A stretch of DNA of 60,007 nucleotides from Desulfurococcaceae archaeon (GTDB lineage: Archaea > Thermoproteota > Thermoprotei_A > Sulfolobales > NBVN01). Positions 20,126 through 29,780 of the stretch are shown piece after piece (position 1 is the first letter of the stretch; the number at the start of each line of letters is the position of its first letter). The notes below the pieces were generated by a model that worked only from the letters and a program-made list of their open reading frames with translations, did no database searches and was not told the DNA's origin. The stretch spans positions 1 through 60,007 of the forward strand of contig JAJHQR010000002.1 in NCBI GenBank assembly GCA_020833255.1, in the 5' to 3' direction. The translations under genes were made by a program, and so were the position numbers.

Positions 20126-20426
20126 AAGAGTCCCTATTAGACACTATATCACTCAAGCAAATAACAACATATGCACTAAATACGGGTAAGTATTACTCAC
20201 ACTAAGTAACTGGCATCAATAATACGTGGAGGAAAGAATTAAATCAGGGCATGAGGGTATTACTTCAACTCTAGACACGTTCCCCCGAACACCTACGGAG
20301 CTTTGCTAACCAAAACGTGGTTCGCGGCAAGACTGATTCTTAAGACTTTCACGACTCAAAAACAACGCTCTTTACGACGCGGGGGATTTATTAGTTTTCA
20401 TTGACTCGTTTCAAGCTTAATCTCAC

Positions 20427-21296
20427 TTACTTGGATGGAGTTAGATAGAGCTTCATGTATTTCTCCGCTACGTACGTATTCTTGAATACCTTCCTAGCTT
20501 CATTCAGTAAGTTATCGGTGTTCTTATACCTGGGTGATATGTGGTAAAGTATGAGTGTTTCAGCACCGCATCTTAGAGCTGTTTCGGACGCTTGAATAGC
20601 TGTTGAGTGCTTATATTCACGGGCTTTGTCGCTCATATCGCTACCGAAAGTTGAGTCATGGATTAGTACCTTCACGTTTTTACATGCCTTAATAACGTTA
20701 TCTGATGCCGTAGTATCTGAAACGTAGCATAAGCTGATGGTATCGGAAATATCTATCCTGTAAGCTAGCGTAGGTATTGAGTGCTCAACCCAGAAAGCCC
20801 TTATTTTGAAAGGTCCTTCGATAACGGTCTTACAGCAATCTGTTCTCACAACACTTACCTTGCTTTCTTGGTTGCGGGCCAATTCCTTGAGTGGTTCTAT
20901 GAAATCACCGCACCCCTCACACACCTTACTCTCCTCACTAACCTCGTTGACCACTAACACGTACTCTGGGTAGAAGTAGAGGTACTCAAACGACTTGATT
21001 AAGTATGTTCCCAGCCCTGCAGGACCGATTATTAAGAGTGGTGTGGTGATATTCGCTAAAGACCTTGATTGAAGGAATGGTATCAAGCCCAGGACATGGT
21101 CCCCGTGCATGTGGGTTACTAAGATTGGGTTTACGGACGCAACGCTCTTACCAACTTCTAGGAGTCTGTGCTGCGTCCCCTCACTAACGTCTAGAAGCAA
21201 GTTCTTCCCGCCGTAACTAATTAAGACGGAAGGCATTTCGTCACTACCTGGGTAAGGCCCTCTAGAACCTAAGAACGTCACTATCACCGGGTTCAT
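20427..21296 (-). CDS. rnz: Ribonuclease Z-like MBL-fold nuclease
   Basis: DVSEGTQ, THMHGDH, EHSIP, SDT, IHDSTF, HST, YHISPRY. Confidence 0.8.
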   Translation of the reverse strand: MNPVIVTFLGSRGPYPGSDEMPSVLISYGGKNLLLDVSEGTQHRLLEVGKSVASVNPILVTHMHGDHVLGLIPFLQSRSLANITTPLLIIGPAGLGTYLIKSFEYLYFYPEYVLVVNEVSEESKVCEGCGDFIEPLKELARNQESKVSVVRTDCCKTVIEGPFKIRAFWVEHSIPTLAYRIDISDTISLCYVSDTTASDNVIKACKNVKVLIHDSTFGSDMSDKAREYKHSTAIQASETALRCGAETLILYHISPRYKNTDNLLNEARKVFKNTYVAEKYMKLYLTPSK

Positions 21297-22303
21297 TCCT
21301 TCCTCACCACGAAAATATCTCTGGTTAGGGATCCGTGAACCCAGTTAGGGATTCTCTCAACGATCGTGAATCCCGCGTCAACAATCATTTCCTCGAGAGG
21401 CATATCTATCCTCTGAGCGAAAACCATGTAGCCGCCCTTCCTCAACACCCTGTAACTCTCCCCTAGAAAGCACTTCATTAAGTTGATTAAGTCCATGTCC
21501 GCGGGCTTGCTCATGCGACCGTACGGGGGGTCAGTAGCTATGGCGTCAACCCTATCTAACGGGATATGGCAAGCATCACCGCCCACTACCTCAGGAACAC
21601 ACCCGTAGTGAACCAGGTTTCTGGCAGCGCCCTCAGCTAGCTTAGGATCCACCTCCACACCCACATATCTTAAGCCTACGGAGCAAGCTTCCAGTAAGAA
21701 GCCTCCAGCACCACAAAAAGAATCTAAGATAACGTGTCCCTCCCTCACACTAGCCCTACTCAAGTTCACGAAGACTCTAGCCATGTACGGGGTCATAGTG
21801 CCTGGCGAGTAAAAAGGTCTCTCAGCAGGTTCACGCGCTCTGTAAGGCCTTAAATCCCTCTCATAAGTTCTTAAACCCACCACAACACACCCCTCCGAAA
21901 CTATGATGTCCAACCTCTTACTCCCCCCTCTACATAAACTCCCGGACAACTCGTTCACAACTCTTAACACGTCTTCATAACTTACTTGATTCCCGTACTG
22001 CTTCACCCTCCTGAAGTTCACGTAGTCGTAACCCCCGTAGAAGCATACGTCAGAATCTCTTAGAACTCTCTTAATGCCTTGAACCCCGTCAACGGCCTCA
22101 GAAACCCCTAGCAGGACGCCGGCATACTTACTTAAGACAGTCCTCCTCAGGACTTCCTCCAAGGGCTCAGAACTATCAACGATAACGACCTGATCCAGGT
22201 GAGCCACGAGCTTATACCCTACTCTCTCAGCCTCCATCACGGCCCTCAACTCAAGCAACGGCAGCTCCCTGTGCTCACCGGAAAGATAAACGTAGTAAAG
22301 CAT
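21293..22303 (-). CDS. tRNA (guanine-10, N2)-methyltransferase Trm11/TrmG10 family
   Basis: RPFYSP.TM, DSFCGAGG, ATDPPYG, VHGSLTR. Confidence 0.85.
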   Translation of the reverse strand: MLYYVYLSGEHRELPLLELRAVMEAERVGYKLVAHLDQVVIVDSSEPLEEVLRRTVLSKYAGVLLGVSEAVDGVQGIKRVLRDSDVCFYGGYDYVNFRRVKQYGNQVSYEDVLRVVNELSGSLCRGGSKRLDIIVSEGCVVVGLRTYERDLRPYRAREPAERPFYSPGTMTPYMARVFVNLSRASVREGHVILDSFCGAGGFLLEACSVGLRYVGVEVDPKLAEGAARNLVHYGCVPEVVGGDACHIPLDRVDAIATDPPYGRMSKPADMDLINLMKCFLGESYRVLRKGGYMVFAQRIDMPLEEMIVDAGFTIVERIPNWVHGSLTRDIFVVRKE

Positions 22304-22373
22304 TTCCTCTCTAGAGTTTCATTATCGTGAAGTTTATTAAACCTTAGACTATCTATTAGATCAGCGAATCCTC

Positions 22374-23273
22374 CTAAAGCAAGCTCCCCTTAATAGACTC
22401 AGCAAGCTCCCCCGACACGTCAAGATACTCTACTAAGTCACTCGTTAATCGGTGTCCCACGGTATTCAACACCACCACCTTATTAACTCCTGAAAGCCTC
22501 AGCTTATTTAGCGCGTCACCCACGAAAAGCCCGTGCGATGCTAGAACATAGATCTTGCGAGCACCCTTACTAGCCAAGTACTTAGCTATACTAGCTATTG
22601 TGCCGCCAGTACTTATTATGTCATCAATTATGACGGCGTTAACCCCGGTTACGTCCAGATCCTCCGGTAGTTGATGAGTGACTTCCCCCGTCACCCTATC
22701 CCTGACCTTCTTAATCGTCACGTAATCCTTACCGAGGAACTCAGCTATCAGCCTAACCCTCTTCGAGGCACCAACGTCTGGAGCTACAAGTATGTAGGGC
22801 TCTCCGACGTTGTTCTTTATGTACTGCCCGAACGTCTTAACGGGTAATACGTTAACGATTAAATCGCTGAATTCCTCTAAGAGTTTCTCACTATGTATGT
22901 CCACGACCAACAGTTTCTTGAGACCCACACACCTCATTATCTTAAGAACCGCTCTCCCACTAACTACCTCCCAACTCAAGAACTCTTTATCTTGCCTGCC
23001 GTAAGCCAGGTACAGCATCACCGCGTACACTTTGCTGAGACCCTTCGAGGATAGCAGTTCTACTGAAAGGAATAACTCAAGCAAGGAACGATTCTGGTCA
23101 GGATAGGAAGTAAGCACCAGCAATACCCCATCCTCCCCAGAAATCTCCGGAAACCTCAAGTAAGACTCCCCGTCAGGGAAGACCTTATAGACAACCTCAG
23201 AATACCTGAACCCGAGGAGGTTCGCAAGTCCACGCCCTAAACCCGGGTCTGAAGGCAGTGAAATCACTAACAC
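22374..23273 (-). CDS. prs: Ribose-phosphate pyrophosphokinase
   Basis: FPDGESY, YLAYGRQD, APDVGA, IIDDIISTGGT. Confidence 0.93.
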   Translation of the reverse strand: MLVISLPSDPGLGRGLANLLGFRYSEVVYKVFPDGESYLRFPEISGEDGVLLVLTSYPDQNRSLLELFLSVELLSSKGLSKVYAVMLYLAYGRQDKEFLSWEVVSGRAVLKIMRCVGLKKLLVVDIHSEKLLEEFSDLIVNVLPVKTFGQYIKNNVGEPYILVAPDVGASKRVRLIAEFLGKDYVTIKKVRDRVTGEVTHQLPEDLDVTGVNAVIIDDIISTGGTIASIAKYLASKGARKIYVLASHGLFVGDALNKLRLSGVNKVVVLNTVGHRLTSDLVEYLDVSGELAESIKGSLL

Positions 23274-23439
23274 CTAACCCACCACCACATAACATATCGA
23301 GGAAGAACTTCTAAAGCTTTTAGACCTCCTTAAATAGGTTCAATCGTTCTAGGTCGTGCGTCCCTCCCGCGAAGCAAGGGAAGATAACTTATTAGATGTG
23401 AAAACATGTTTAACGACGAGTGAGTGATCAGGTGATTCT

Positions 23440-24516
23440 GTGTTGGGGAGGCCTGACCTAAGCAAGCCTTGGGTTAGAACAGCTAAGTATTGGAGGAGGT
23501 TAGGCGATAATAAAGTGGTTTGTGATCTATGCTATAAGAGGTGCCCCATAAGTGACGGGGGTTACGGTGCTTGCGGTGTTAGGTATAATTCCGGCGGGAC
23601 CCTCTACACCTTAGTGTACGGTCTCCTCACGGCAGCTAACCTAGACCCCATAGAGAAGAAACCCCTATCTCACTTCCATCCAGGCTCTCTAGTCTTCTCC
23701 ATATCCACCGCTGGATGCAACTTCATGTGCATGTTCTGCCAGAACTGGACATTAAGTCAGTCTAGGAGGAACGGGATTTTCGGCGACTTCATGACGCCTG
23801 AGGAAGTGGTTAGGGAAGCTGTCAGGGAGGGGGCTGACGGGATTAGCTACACCTACAACGAACCAACGATCTTCTACGAGTTCATGATCGACACCGCCGC
23901 GCTGGCTAAGAAAGAAAATCTTTTCAATACTATGGTAACTAACGGGTACATCACCACCGAGGCTCTAGAAGAACTCACCAAGTTCCTCGACGCCGCCACA
24001 GTAGATTTCAAGGCTAACGCTAACAAAGAATTCTACAGGAAGTTCATGGGGGTGCCTGACCCGGAACCTATCTACGAAACTATTAACTACATGAAGAAGA
24101 GAGGAGTTTTCGTTGAAGTAACCGATCTCGTGGTGCCTAAGTACGGCGACAGCGTCGAAGATCTCAGGAAGCTGGTTAGGAAACTCGTTGAGGTAGTGGG
24201 TGATGACGTGCCCTTCCACCTACTCAGATTCTACCCACACTACAAAATGAGTTACCTGCCTGAAACACCTATCAAGACTCTCGAGAAGCTTGCTGAGGTA
24301 GCTAAGAGTGAGGGCTTGAAGTACGTGTATTTAGGTAACGTGCCAGGACATCACATGGAGAACACGTACTGCCCTAACTGCGGGGAGCTCTTAATACGTA
24401 GGTACGGCTTCTACGTAACTGAATGGAGGCTGACAGAGTCTAACAAGTGCCCTAAGTGTGGCTACGCGGTAAACGTGGTCGGCACACTGAAACGTAAGAG
24501 TATTCCGTGGTTTTAA
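23440..24516 (+). CDS. amrS: AmmeMemoRadiSam-system radical SAM enzyme
   Basis: DPIEKKPL.HF.PG, CNFMCMFC, YTYNEPT, NTYCPNCG. Confidence 0.88.
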   Translation: MLGRPDLSKPWVRTAKYWRRLGDNKVVCDLCYKRCPISDGGYGACGVRYNSGGTLYTLVYGLLTAANLDPIEKKPLSHFHPGSLVFSISTAGCNFMCMFCQNWTLSQSRRNGIFGDFMTPEEVVREAVREGADGISYTYNEPTIFYEFMIDTAALAKKENLFNTMVTNGYITTEALEELTKFLDAATVDFKANANKEFYRKFMGVPDPEPIYETINYMKKRGVFVEVTDLVVPKYGDSVEDLRKLVRKLVEVVGDDVPFHLLRFYPHYKMSYLPETPIKTLEKLAEVAKSEGLKYVYLGNVPGHHMENTYCPNCGELLIRRYGFYVTEWRLTESNKCPKCGYAVNVVGTLKRKSIPWF

Positions 24517-24556
24517 AATTTGTTAGCTGTTGCTTAAATATTAATCTGAGTCTTGA

Positions 24557-25390
24557 GTGCGGGGTGTGTTAATGTATTTTGTGATCGTCGCAGGACCTGC
24601 TGGTTCAGGCAAGTCCACGTTTGTCTCAGCACTAGCTCAGTGGATGGAGCTCAACGGTCTAGACGTAGTTAGAGTTAACTTAGACCCGGCATCCGAGGTC
24701 TTGCCTTACGTTCCTGACGTGGACGTGAGGAATTACGTCACGACACGTGATTTCATGGTGAAGTACGGTCTCGGACCTAACGGCGCTCTAGTACTGAGCG
24801 TTGATTACCTAGTTAATTACGTCAGCGATTTAAGGAAGGAGATAGATGAGTTAGGCGGTAATTACGCGATCATAGATCTCCCCGGGCAGTTAGAGATAGT
24901 TGCTTTCAGGAGGTTAGGACCTATAGTTCTGAGGGAGTTAGTTAAGAATAGCAGGTCGGCGACAGCCTTCATACTAGACTCACACATGGCTTCCAACCCA
25001 CACTCAAGCTACTCAGCACTCCTACTAGCTCTCTCAACGATGTACAGGTTAAGACTCCCCCTAGTCTTAATACTGAACAAGATAGACTTAATAACAACCC
25101 AGCAAAAATTCAGAGACTTAGAGGGTCTGAGTTCTAGACTCTACCTCCTGCGCTTACTGAGCGAAGACTACAGCTGTATCTCGGCAAGCAACGACGCGTT
25201 CTTCATAAGCCTTGAGGTCGGTGAGTCGCTCTGTAACATATTCAAGGAAATCTTTAAGGAAGTAGTCTCAGTCTCTTCTAAGGAGATGTGGGGTGTTGAG
25301 GACGCTTACGCCTCACTCCAGAGAGTCTTAATAGGCGGTGAAGACTTCGCAACCGAGGAATACAGTGAGGGGCCCTCACACAGCGATTAA
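24557..25390 (+). CDS. GPN-loop GTPase
   Basis: GPAGSGKST, NLDPA, GLGPNG, DLPGQ, NKID. Confidence 0.9.
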   Translation: MRGVLMYFVIVAGPAGSGKSTFVSALAQWMELNGLDVVRVNLDPASEVLPYVPDVDVRNYVTTRDFMVKYGLGPNGALVLSVDYLVNYVSDLRKEIDELGGNYAIIDLPGQLEIVAFRRLGPIVLRELVKNSRSATAFILDSHMASNPHSSYSALLLALSTMYRLRLPLVLILNKIDLITTQQKFRDLEGLSSRLYLLRLLSEDYSCISASNDAFFISLEVGESLCNIFKEIFKEVVSVSSKEMWGVEDAYASLQRVLIGGEDFATEEYSEGPSHSD

Positions 25391-25528
25391 GCAACAACAA
25401 ATCGCTAGAAGCTAAACAAGATAGGACGCACAGCTTAAGCAACGAAATCTCCAGTTATTTAATCAAATAGTGGGTGAGCACAGCTTTTAAATCTGTGTTT
25501 TAGACTAATATCTGGGGGTTAATTAGGA

Positions 25529-26242
25529 ATGAGTAACGTGAGGGAATATGTGGAGGAAGTAATTAACAAGGCTAGGAGTGAGGGGAGGACTAAATTACTT
25601 GAGCATGAAGCCTACGACGTTCTAGTAAAGTACGGTTTCCCGGCACCGAAGTTCGGATTAGCTAATTCTGCTGAGGAGGCTGTCAGACTATCTGAGGAGA
25701 TAGGTTATCCCGTCGTGTTAAAGATCGTCAGCCCTGACATAGTTCATAAATCTGACGTAGGCGGCGTTAAGCTTAACTTAAACTCTAGTGATGAGGTCCG
25801 CAAGAGTTTTGACGACATATTACGTAACGTGAGAGCAAGAGCTCCTGAAGCCAGGATAACCGGTATCTTAATTCAGGAAATGATTCCTCAAAGTCTTGAA
25901 GTCATCGTGGGAGCTACCAGGGACCCCACCTTCGGCCCGGTAATCTTGTTCGGTCTCGGCGGCATATTCGTTGAGGTTTTGAAGGACGTGAGCTTCAGGA
26001 TAACGCCTCTAACAAGGTATGACGCGGAGACCATGCTCACCGAAATTAAAGCTGCTAAGATATTAGACGGCTACAGAGGGACGCCGCCGAGGGATAAGGA
26101 AGCCATAATAGACATAGTGATGAAGCTTGCTAAGTTCATGGAGGAACATGAGTCGGTTACTGACGTGGACCTCAACCCGATAATGGTCTTCGAGGTAGGT
26201 AAGGGAGCTAAGATAGCTGACGCTAGAATACTGATAAGGTAA
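25529..26242 (+). CDS. acdB: ADP-forming acetate/acyl-CoA ligase beta subunit
   Basis: KIVSPDIVHKSDVGGV, DPTFGPVILFGLGG, DLNP ATP-grasp motifs. Confidence 0.9.
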   Translation: MSNVREYVEEVINKARSEGRTKLLEHEAYDVLVKYGFPAPKFGLANSAEEAVRLSEEIGYPVVLKIVSPDIVHKSDVGGVKLNLNSSDEVRKSFDDILRNVRARAPEARITGILIQEMIPQSLEVIVGATRDPTFGPVILFGLGGIFVEVLKDVSFRITPLTRYDAETMLTEIKAAKILDGYRGTPPRDKEAIIDIVMKLAKFMEEHESVTDVDLNPIMVFEVGKGAKIADARILIR

Positions 26243-26248
26243 TCTTGG

Positions 26249-27118
26249 TTGAGTACCGAAGAATTAATCAAGAGAATAGACGACTTAAGAGAAGAAATAA
26301 AGACTCTAAAAAATCAGAGACTTGACTTAGTAAACAAGATTAGGGAGATAAACGCGGAGAGAGGCAAGGTAAGAGAAGAGTTAACCGGCATCAAAAACAG
26401 GCTGGGGAATGTCTGGGAAGTAAAGAATAAGCTGAGGGAGGAAAGAGATAGGTTAATAGCGCAGAGGAGGGAGATCTTAAGTAGGTTAAGGGACGTTAGG
26501 AATAGGCTGATAAGCATTAGAGAAAACGTGAATAATTTCAAGAACAACACCCCTTACTCTATAAACAGGATCAAGCAGGAGATAGAAAGGCTTGAGTGGA
26601 GGATAATAACCGAGTCCCTGCCCATAGAGGTTGAGAGCAGGATAGTTAGGGAGATAGCTAGGTTAGAGGAAGAGTTGATGAAGGTGGTTGAGGGGAGAAA
26701 ACTTCTAGAAGAGTACAAGGAGGTTAGGGCGGAGTACCAGAGCTTGAGGATAATGCTGGACGACCTAAGTAACAGGATAGGCGAGATTACGGAGAAGATA
26801 ACGTCTCTGAGGGAGAAAGAGCGTAAGCTCAAGGAAGAGCGTGATTCTTTGAGGAAGAAACTCGATGAATTAACGAAGGAGTTGGCGAGCGTTAAGGCTA
26901 GCATAGACCAGCTAAACACGTCCATCAACTCTAAAGTTGAGGAACTGAGAGCTCTTCAAGAAGAGTTAAGGAATCTTAAGACTAGCTTAGCTAAGAGTAG
27001 GGAGAAGGAAATCCTGGACAAAAAGAAAAACGAGGTAGAGAAGAAGATGAAGGAAACTAAGAGATTGACTTTAGAGGACCTGAAAATATATTACGGAGAG
27101 ATAGAGGAGAATCCCTAA
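26249..27118 (+). CDS. Archaeal coiled-coil protein (COG1340-like)
   Basis: Continuous heptads, IERLEWRI.T motif, C-terminal RLTLEDL; upstream of rpl21e. Confidence 0.75.
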   Translation: MSTEELIKRIDDLREEIKTLKNQRLDLVNKIREINAERGKVREELTGIKNRLGNVWEVKNKLREERDRLIAQRREILSRLRDVRNRLISIRENVNNFKNNTPYSINRIKQEIERLEWRIITESLPIEVESRIVREIARLEEELMKVVEGRKLLEEYKEVRAEYQSLRIMLDDLSNRIGEITEKITSLREKERKLKEERDSLRKKLDELTKELASVKASIDQLNTSINSKVEELRALQEELRNLKTSLAKSREKEILDKKKNEVEKKMKETKRLTLEDLKIYYGEIEENP

Positions 27119-27130
27119 AAGAGCTCACCC

Positions 27131-27166
27131 GTTAGAAGCTTCGCTCTTTAGGGCGGGGAGCGTCAG
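27131..27166 (+). mobile_element. IS200/IS605-end-like mini-element (copy 3)
   Basis: GTTAGAAGCTTCGCTCTTTAGGGCGGGGAGCGTCAG; hairpin CGCTC-TTTA-GGGCG, ends in TCAG. Confidence 0.6.
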
Positions 27167-27225
27167 ACCCCACATACTTAACCTTTTTAAGGATAAACCT
27201 AACAATAAAAACTAGGTGTGATTGG

Positions 27226-27525
27226 ATGGTTAAGGCATCAAGCGGGTACAGGCACAGGACGAGGAAATTGCTAAAGAAGAGCGTCAGAGAGCGGGGCTCC
27301 GTACCTCCCTTAAGCACCGTCATGAGAGAGTATAAGGAAGGCGATAAGGTATGCATAGTGCCTAACCCAGCCGTACAAGACGCCTTACCGCACAGGAGGT
27401 ATGTGGGTAAGGTAGGGGTTGTAGTAGGTAAGAGGGGGAGGGCTTACATAGTTGAGGTCTACATAGGTGATAAGAAGAAGACTTTAATTACGTACCCCGA
27501 GCATTTAAGGCCTGTTAGTGCGTGA
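27226..27525 (+). CDS. rpl21e: 50S ribosomal protein L21e
   Basis: GYRHRTRKLL, PHRRYVGKVG, PEHLRP. Confidence 0.95.
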   Translation: MVKASSGYRHRTRKLLKKSVRERGSVPPLSTVMREYKEGDKVCIVPNPAVQDALPHRRYVGKVGVVVGKRGRAYIVEVYIGDKKKTLITYPEHLRPVSA

Positions 27526-27530
27526 GATAG

Positions 27531-27857
27531 ATGAAGATAGTGTCTTCTCGCAACATCACTTACGCTGAAATACAGAAAATGATTGAGGAGTTAGCTGAGA
27601 GAGGAGTAGAGCTTGAGAGCATAGAACTACGTGTACTAGACTACCTCAGGAGATTCAATAAATGTAGGAAGGCCGGCGAGTTAGTTGAGGAACTTGGGAA
27701 GCGAGGCTTCAGCGAGATAACCTCGGTTATGATAGCTAACATAGTCCCGAAAGACTTGGAAACCCTTAAGATACTCCTAAATTTCGAGAATAAGAACTAC
27801 GAGGAAGAATTCCTGAACGATGTTCTTAAGACGATCAGCGAGTACTGTAGCGAGTAG
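27531..27857 (+). CDS. rpoF: DNA-directed RNA polymerase subunit F (Rpo4)
   Basis: LDYLRRF and IANIVP motifs; canonical rpl21e-rpoF-DUF655 order. Confidence 0.85.
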   Translation: MKIVSSRNITYAEIQKMIEELAERGVELESIELRVLDYLRRFNKCRKAGELVEELGKRGFSEITSVMIANIVPKDLETLKILLNFENKNYEEEFLNDVLKTISEYCSE

Positions 27858-27876
27858 ATCCTTGGAGGTATTATTG

Positions 27877-28542
27877 ATGGGGTTTAAAGGACCTGCCAGC
27901 GGGGATAGGAAGGTTTCCCGTGAAGACTTCGCAATAGTTCTTGATTTCATGCCGGGCGGTAACCCGCTAGACCAGCACCACCCATCACATAAGAATAAAC
28001 CTCTCGCACAAGCACTAGGAACCACCTACTTCACTTTACTAGAGTTTCACCCCAAACCAGGGGTTACGGTAGCTCAGGGCGAGAAGGTGTGTGTTAGCTT
28101 CAGGTTTCGTGAATTGAGGGATAAGGTAGGGTATGTGTGGGGGGAGCCGATACGTTACGATGACTTAACGGCGGTAGCTAAGTCTTACCTTCCGGAAGCG
28201 GTCAGGGCCGCAGTGCTTGACCTAGAGAAAGTGTTCGTGACATTCTTTAATATAGCCGCGCCAGTAACTATAAAACTACATTCACTTGAGCTAATACCCG
28301 GCATAGGCAAGAAGACCATGTGGGTAATACTTGAAGAAAGAAAGAAGCCTTTCGAATCCTTCAAAGACCTCCAGAACAGAGTTAAGATACCGGATCCCGT
28401 GGGCTTAATATCTGAGAGGATCTTAAAGGAGATTAAAGGGGAGGAGAAAATGTATTTGTTTCTTGAGCCACCCCCCGGGGTTAAGGACGCTATAGTTCTC
28501 GGCTACCTCCACAGGATATATTCCATGCTGGGCTACGAGTAG
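27877..28542 (+). CDS. DUF655 putative nucleic-acid-binding protein
   Basis: AQALG..YFTLLE, FFNIA.P.T.KLHSLELIPGIGKK (HhH); start after a GGAGGT SD. Confidence 0.88.
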   Translation: MGFKGPASGDRKVSREDFAIVLDFMPGGNPLDQHHPSHKNKPLAQALGTTYFTLLEFHPKPGVTVAQGEKVCVSFRFRELRDKVGYVWGEPIRYDDLTAVAKSYLPEAVRAAVLDLEKVFVTFFNIAAPVTIKLHSLELIPGIGKKTMWVILEERKKPFESFKDLQNRVKIPDPVGLISERILKEIKGEEKMYLFLEPPPGVKDAIVLGYLHRIYSMLGYE

Positions 28543-28549
28543 TGGAGAA

Positions 28550-28607
28550 TTCCTCAGTCCTGCGCGGGCAAATCACCCATCATACCTTTCGAGCTTCATC
28601 ATCTTTG
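28550..28607 (-). ncRNA. Box C/D sRNA
   Basis: Minus strand ATGATGA-agctcgaaaggt-ATGA-tgg-GTGATTT-gcccgcgcagga-CTGA, with two 12-nt guides. Confidence 0.85.
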
Positions 28608-28710
28608 CCGTTAATCGCCCCGCCAAGACCGATAGTTTTGCGGCACCTAAACTTATAAGTTTTTAAAGACTTCTTCATCACGTATATAAGTAAGTCTGCT
28701 GTTTTAAATC

Positions 28711-29352
28711 ATGAGATGGTGTTCTAGCTTGGGCAGGTTCGTTGTGGGTATCACGGGGAGTAGCGGGGTTGTTTACGGGTTAAGACTTACGGAAGTTTTA
28801 AGCTCTTCAGGACACGAGGTTCACGTGGTTTTAAGTAGGGAAGCTAAGCTAGTGTCCGCTGACGAATGCCTTAGCGAGGATGTGTTGATGAGCTTATTAG
28901 GGAAAATCGCGTCACGTGTTTACGATGAGTACGACTTCACCGCACCTATAGCTTCGTCATCATACCTTGTTGACGGGACTGTAGTGATTCCCTGCACACT
29001 CAAGACGCTTGGCGAGATAGCTAATTCAATACAATCAACGCTGATTAGTAGAGCAGCTCTTAATTCGCTTAGGCTGAAACGCCCGTTAATAGTTGTGGTG
29101 CGTGAGACCCCGCTATCCACCCTAGACTTAATCAACATGCTTAAGATCTCCCTAAGTGGCGGGGTGGTTATGCCTGCCTCACCAGCTTTCTACGGAAAAC
29201 CACAAACTATTCAAGACTTGATAGACTTCATAGTAGGTAAGGTTCTCGACGTGCTAGGCTTGAAAAACGACCTCTATAAAAGGTGGGAAGGTCTTAAATC
29301 TACTCAAGGAACAAGTCTTTGCGCCCGCTTTTACGAGCTAGCAAGTTCTTGA
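28711..29352 (+). CDS. ubiX: Flavin prenyltransferase UbiX
   Basis: VGITGSSG, APIASSS, PCTLKTL, RETPL, PASPAFY. Confidence 0.9.
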   Translation: MRWCSSLGRFVVGITGSSGVVYGLRLTEVLSSSGHEVHVVLSREAKLVSADECLSEDVLMSLLGKIASRVYDEYDFTAPIASSSYLVDGTVVIPCTLKTLGEIANSIQSTLISRAALNSLRLKRPLIVVVRETPLSTLDLINMLKISLSGGVVMPASPAFYGKPQTIQDLIDFIVGKVLDVLGLKNDLYKRWEGLKSTQGTSLCARFYELASS

Positions 29353-29752
29353 GTTTCTCATCTATCTTCGCTTCATCTAATTCCTTAATGAATTCCCTCT
29401 CATCCTCCCTGAACTTAACAGCGAACGCGCACTTACCGTCAGGCAATAACGCTTTCCTCTCACAGTACGCGAATTGACACTTATATCCTAGGCACGTATC
29501 ACCTATCCACCTACACATAGCTACCTTCTGCACGTGACCCTTAACAACCTTATTCACTATCACCAATGAATTCTTAGAACACTTGAAGAAAGGACAGAGA
29601 GTGTTGCACTTATCTCCTAGAGGGAGTGGCTTTAACTCCTCCCTCATTAATCTCTGCTCCTCACCACCGTAGGGTCTCTCAGGCTTTCTAGCCCAGCCAC
29701 GTCTCTCATCATACGATGATCGATGCTTGTCCGGGTAACTCAACAGGCTCAC
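29300..29752 (-). CDS. Cys-rich hypothetical protein
   Basis: CNTLCPFFKC...C.WIGD.C....CQFAYC...LPDGKC. Confidence 0.7.
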   Translation of the reverse strand: MSLLSYPDKHRSSYDERRGWARKPERPYGGEEQRLMREELKPLPLGDKCNTLCPFFKCSKNSLVIVNKVVKGHVQKVAMCRWIGDTCLGYKCQFAYCERKALLPDGKCAFAVKFREDEREFIKELDEAKIDEKLKNLLARKSGRKDLFLE

Positions 29753-29780
29753 CGGTTATTCTCGCTAACCCCTATATAAT

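Noticed and set aside
26249..27118. SMC/ESCRT-like or defence coiled-coil protein
   Set aside because: No ATPase motifs; position beside rpl21e fits a conserved housekeeping coiled-coil family.
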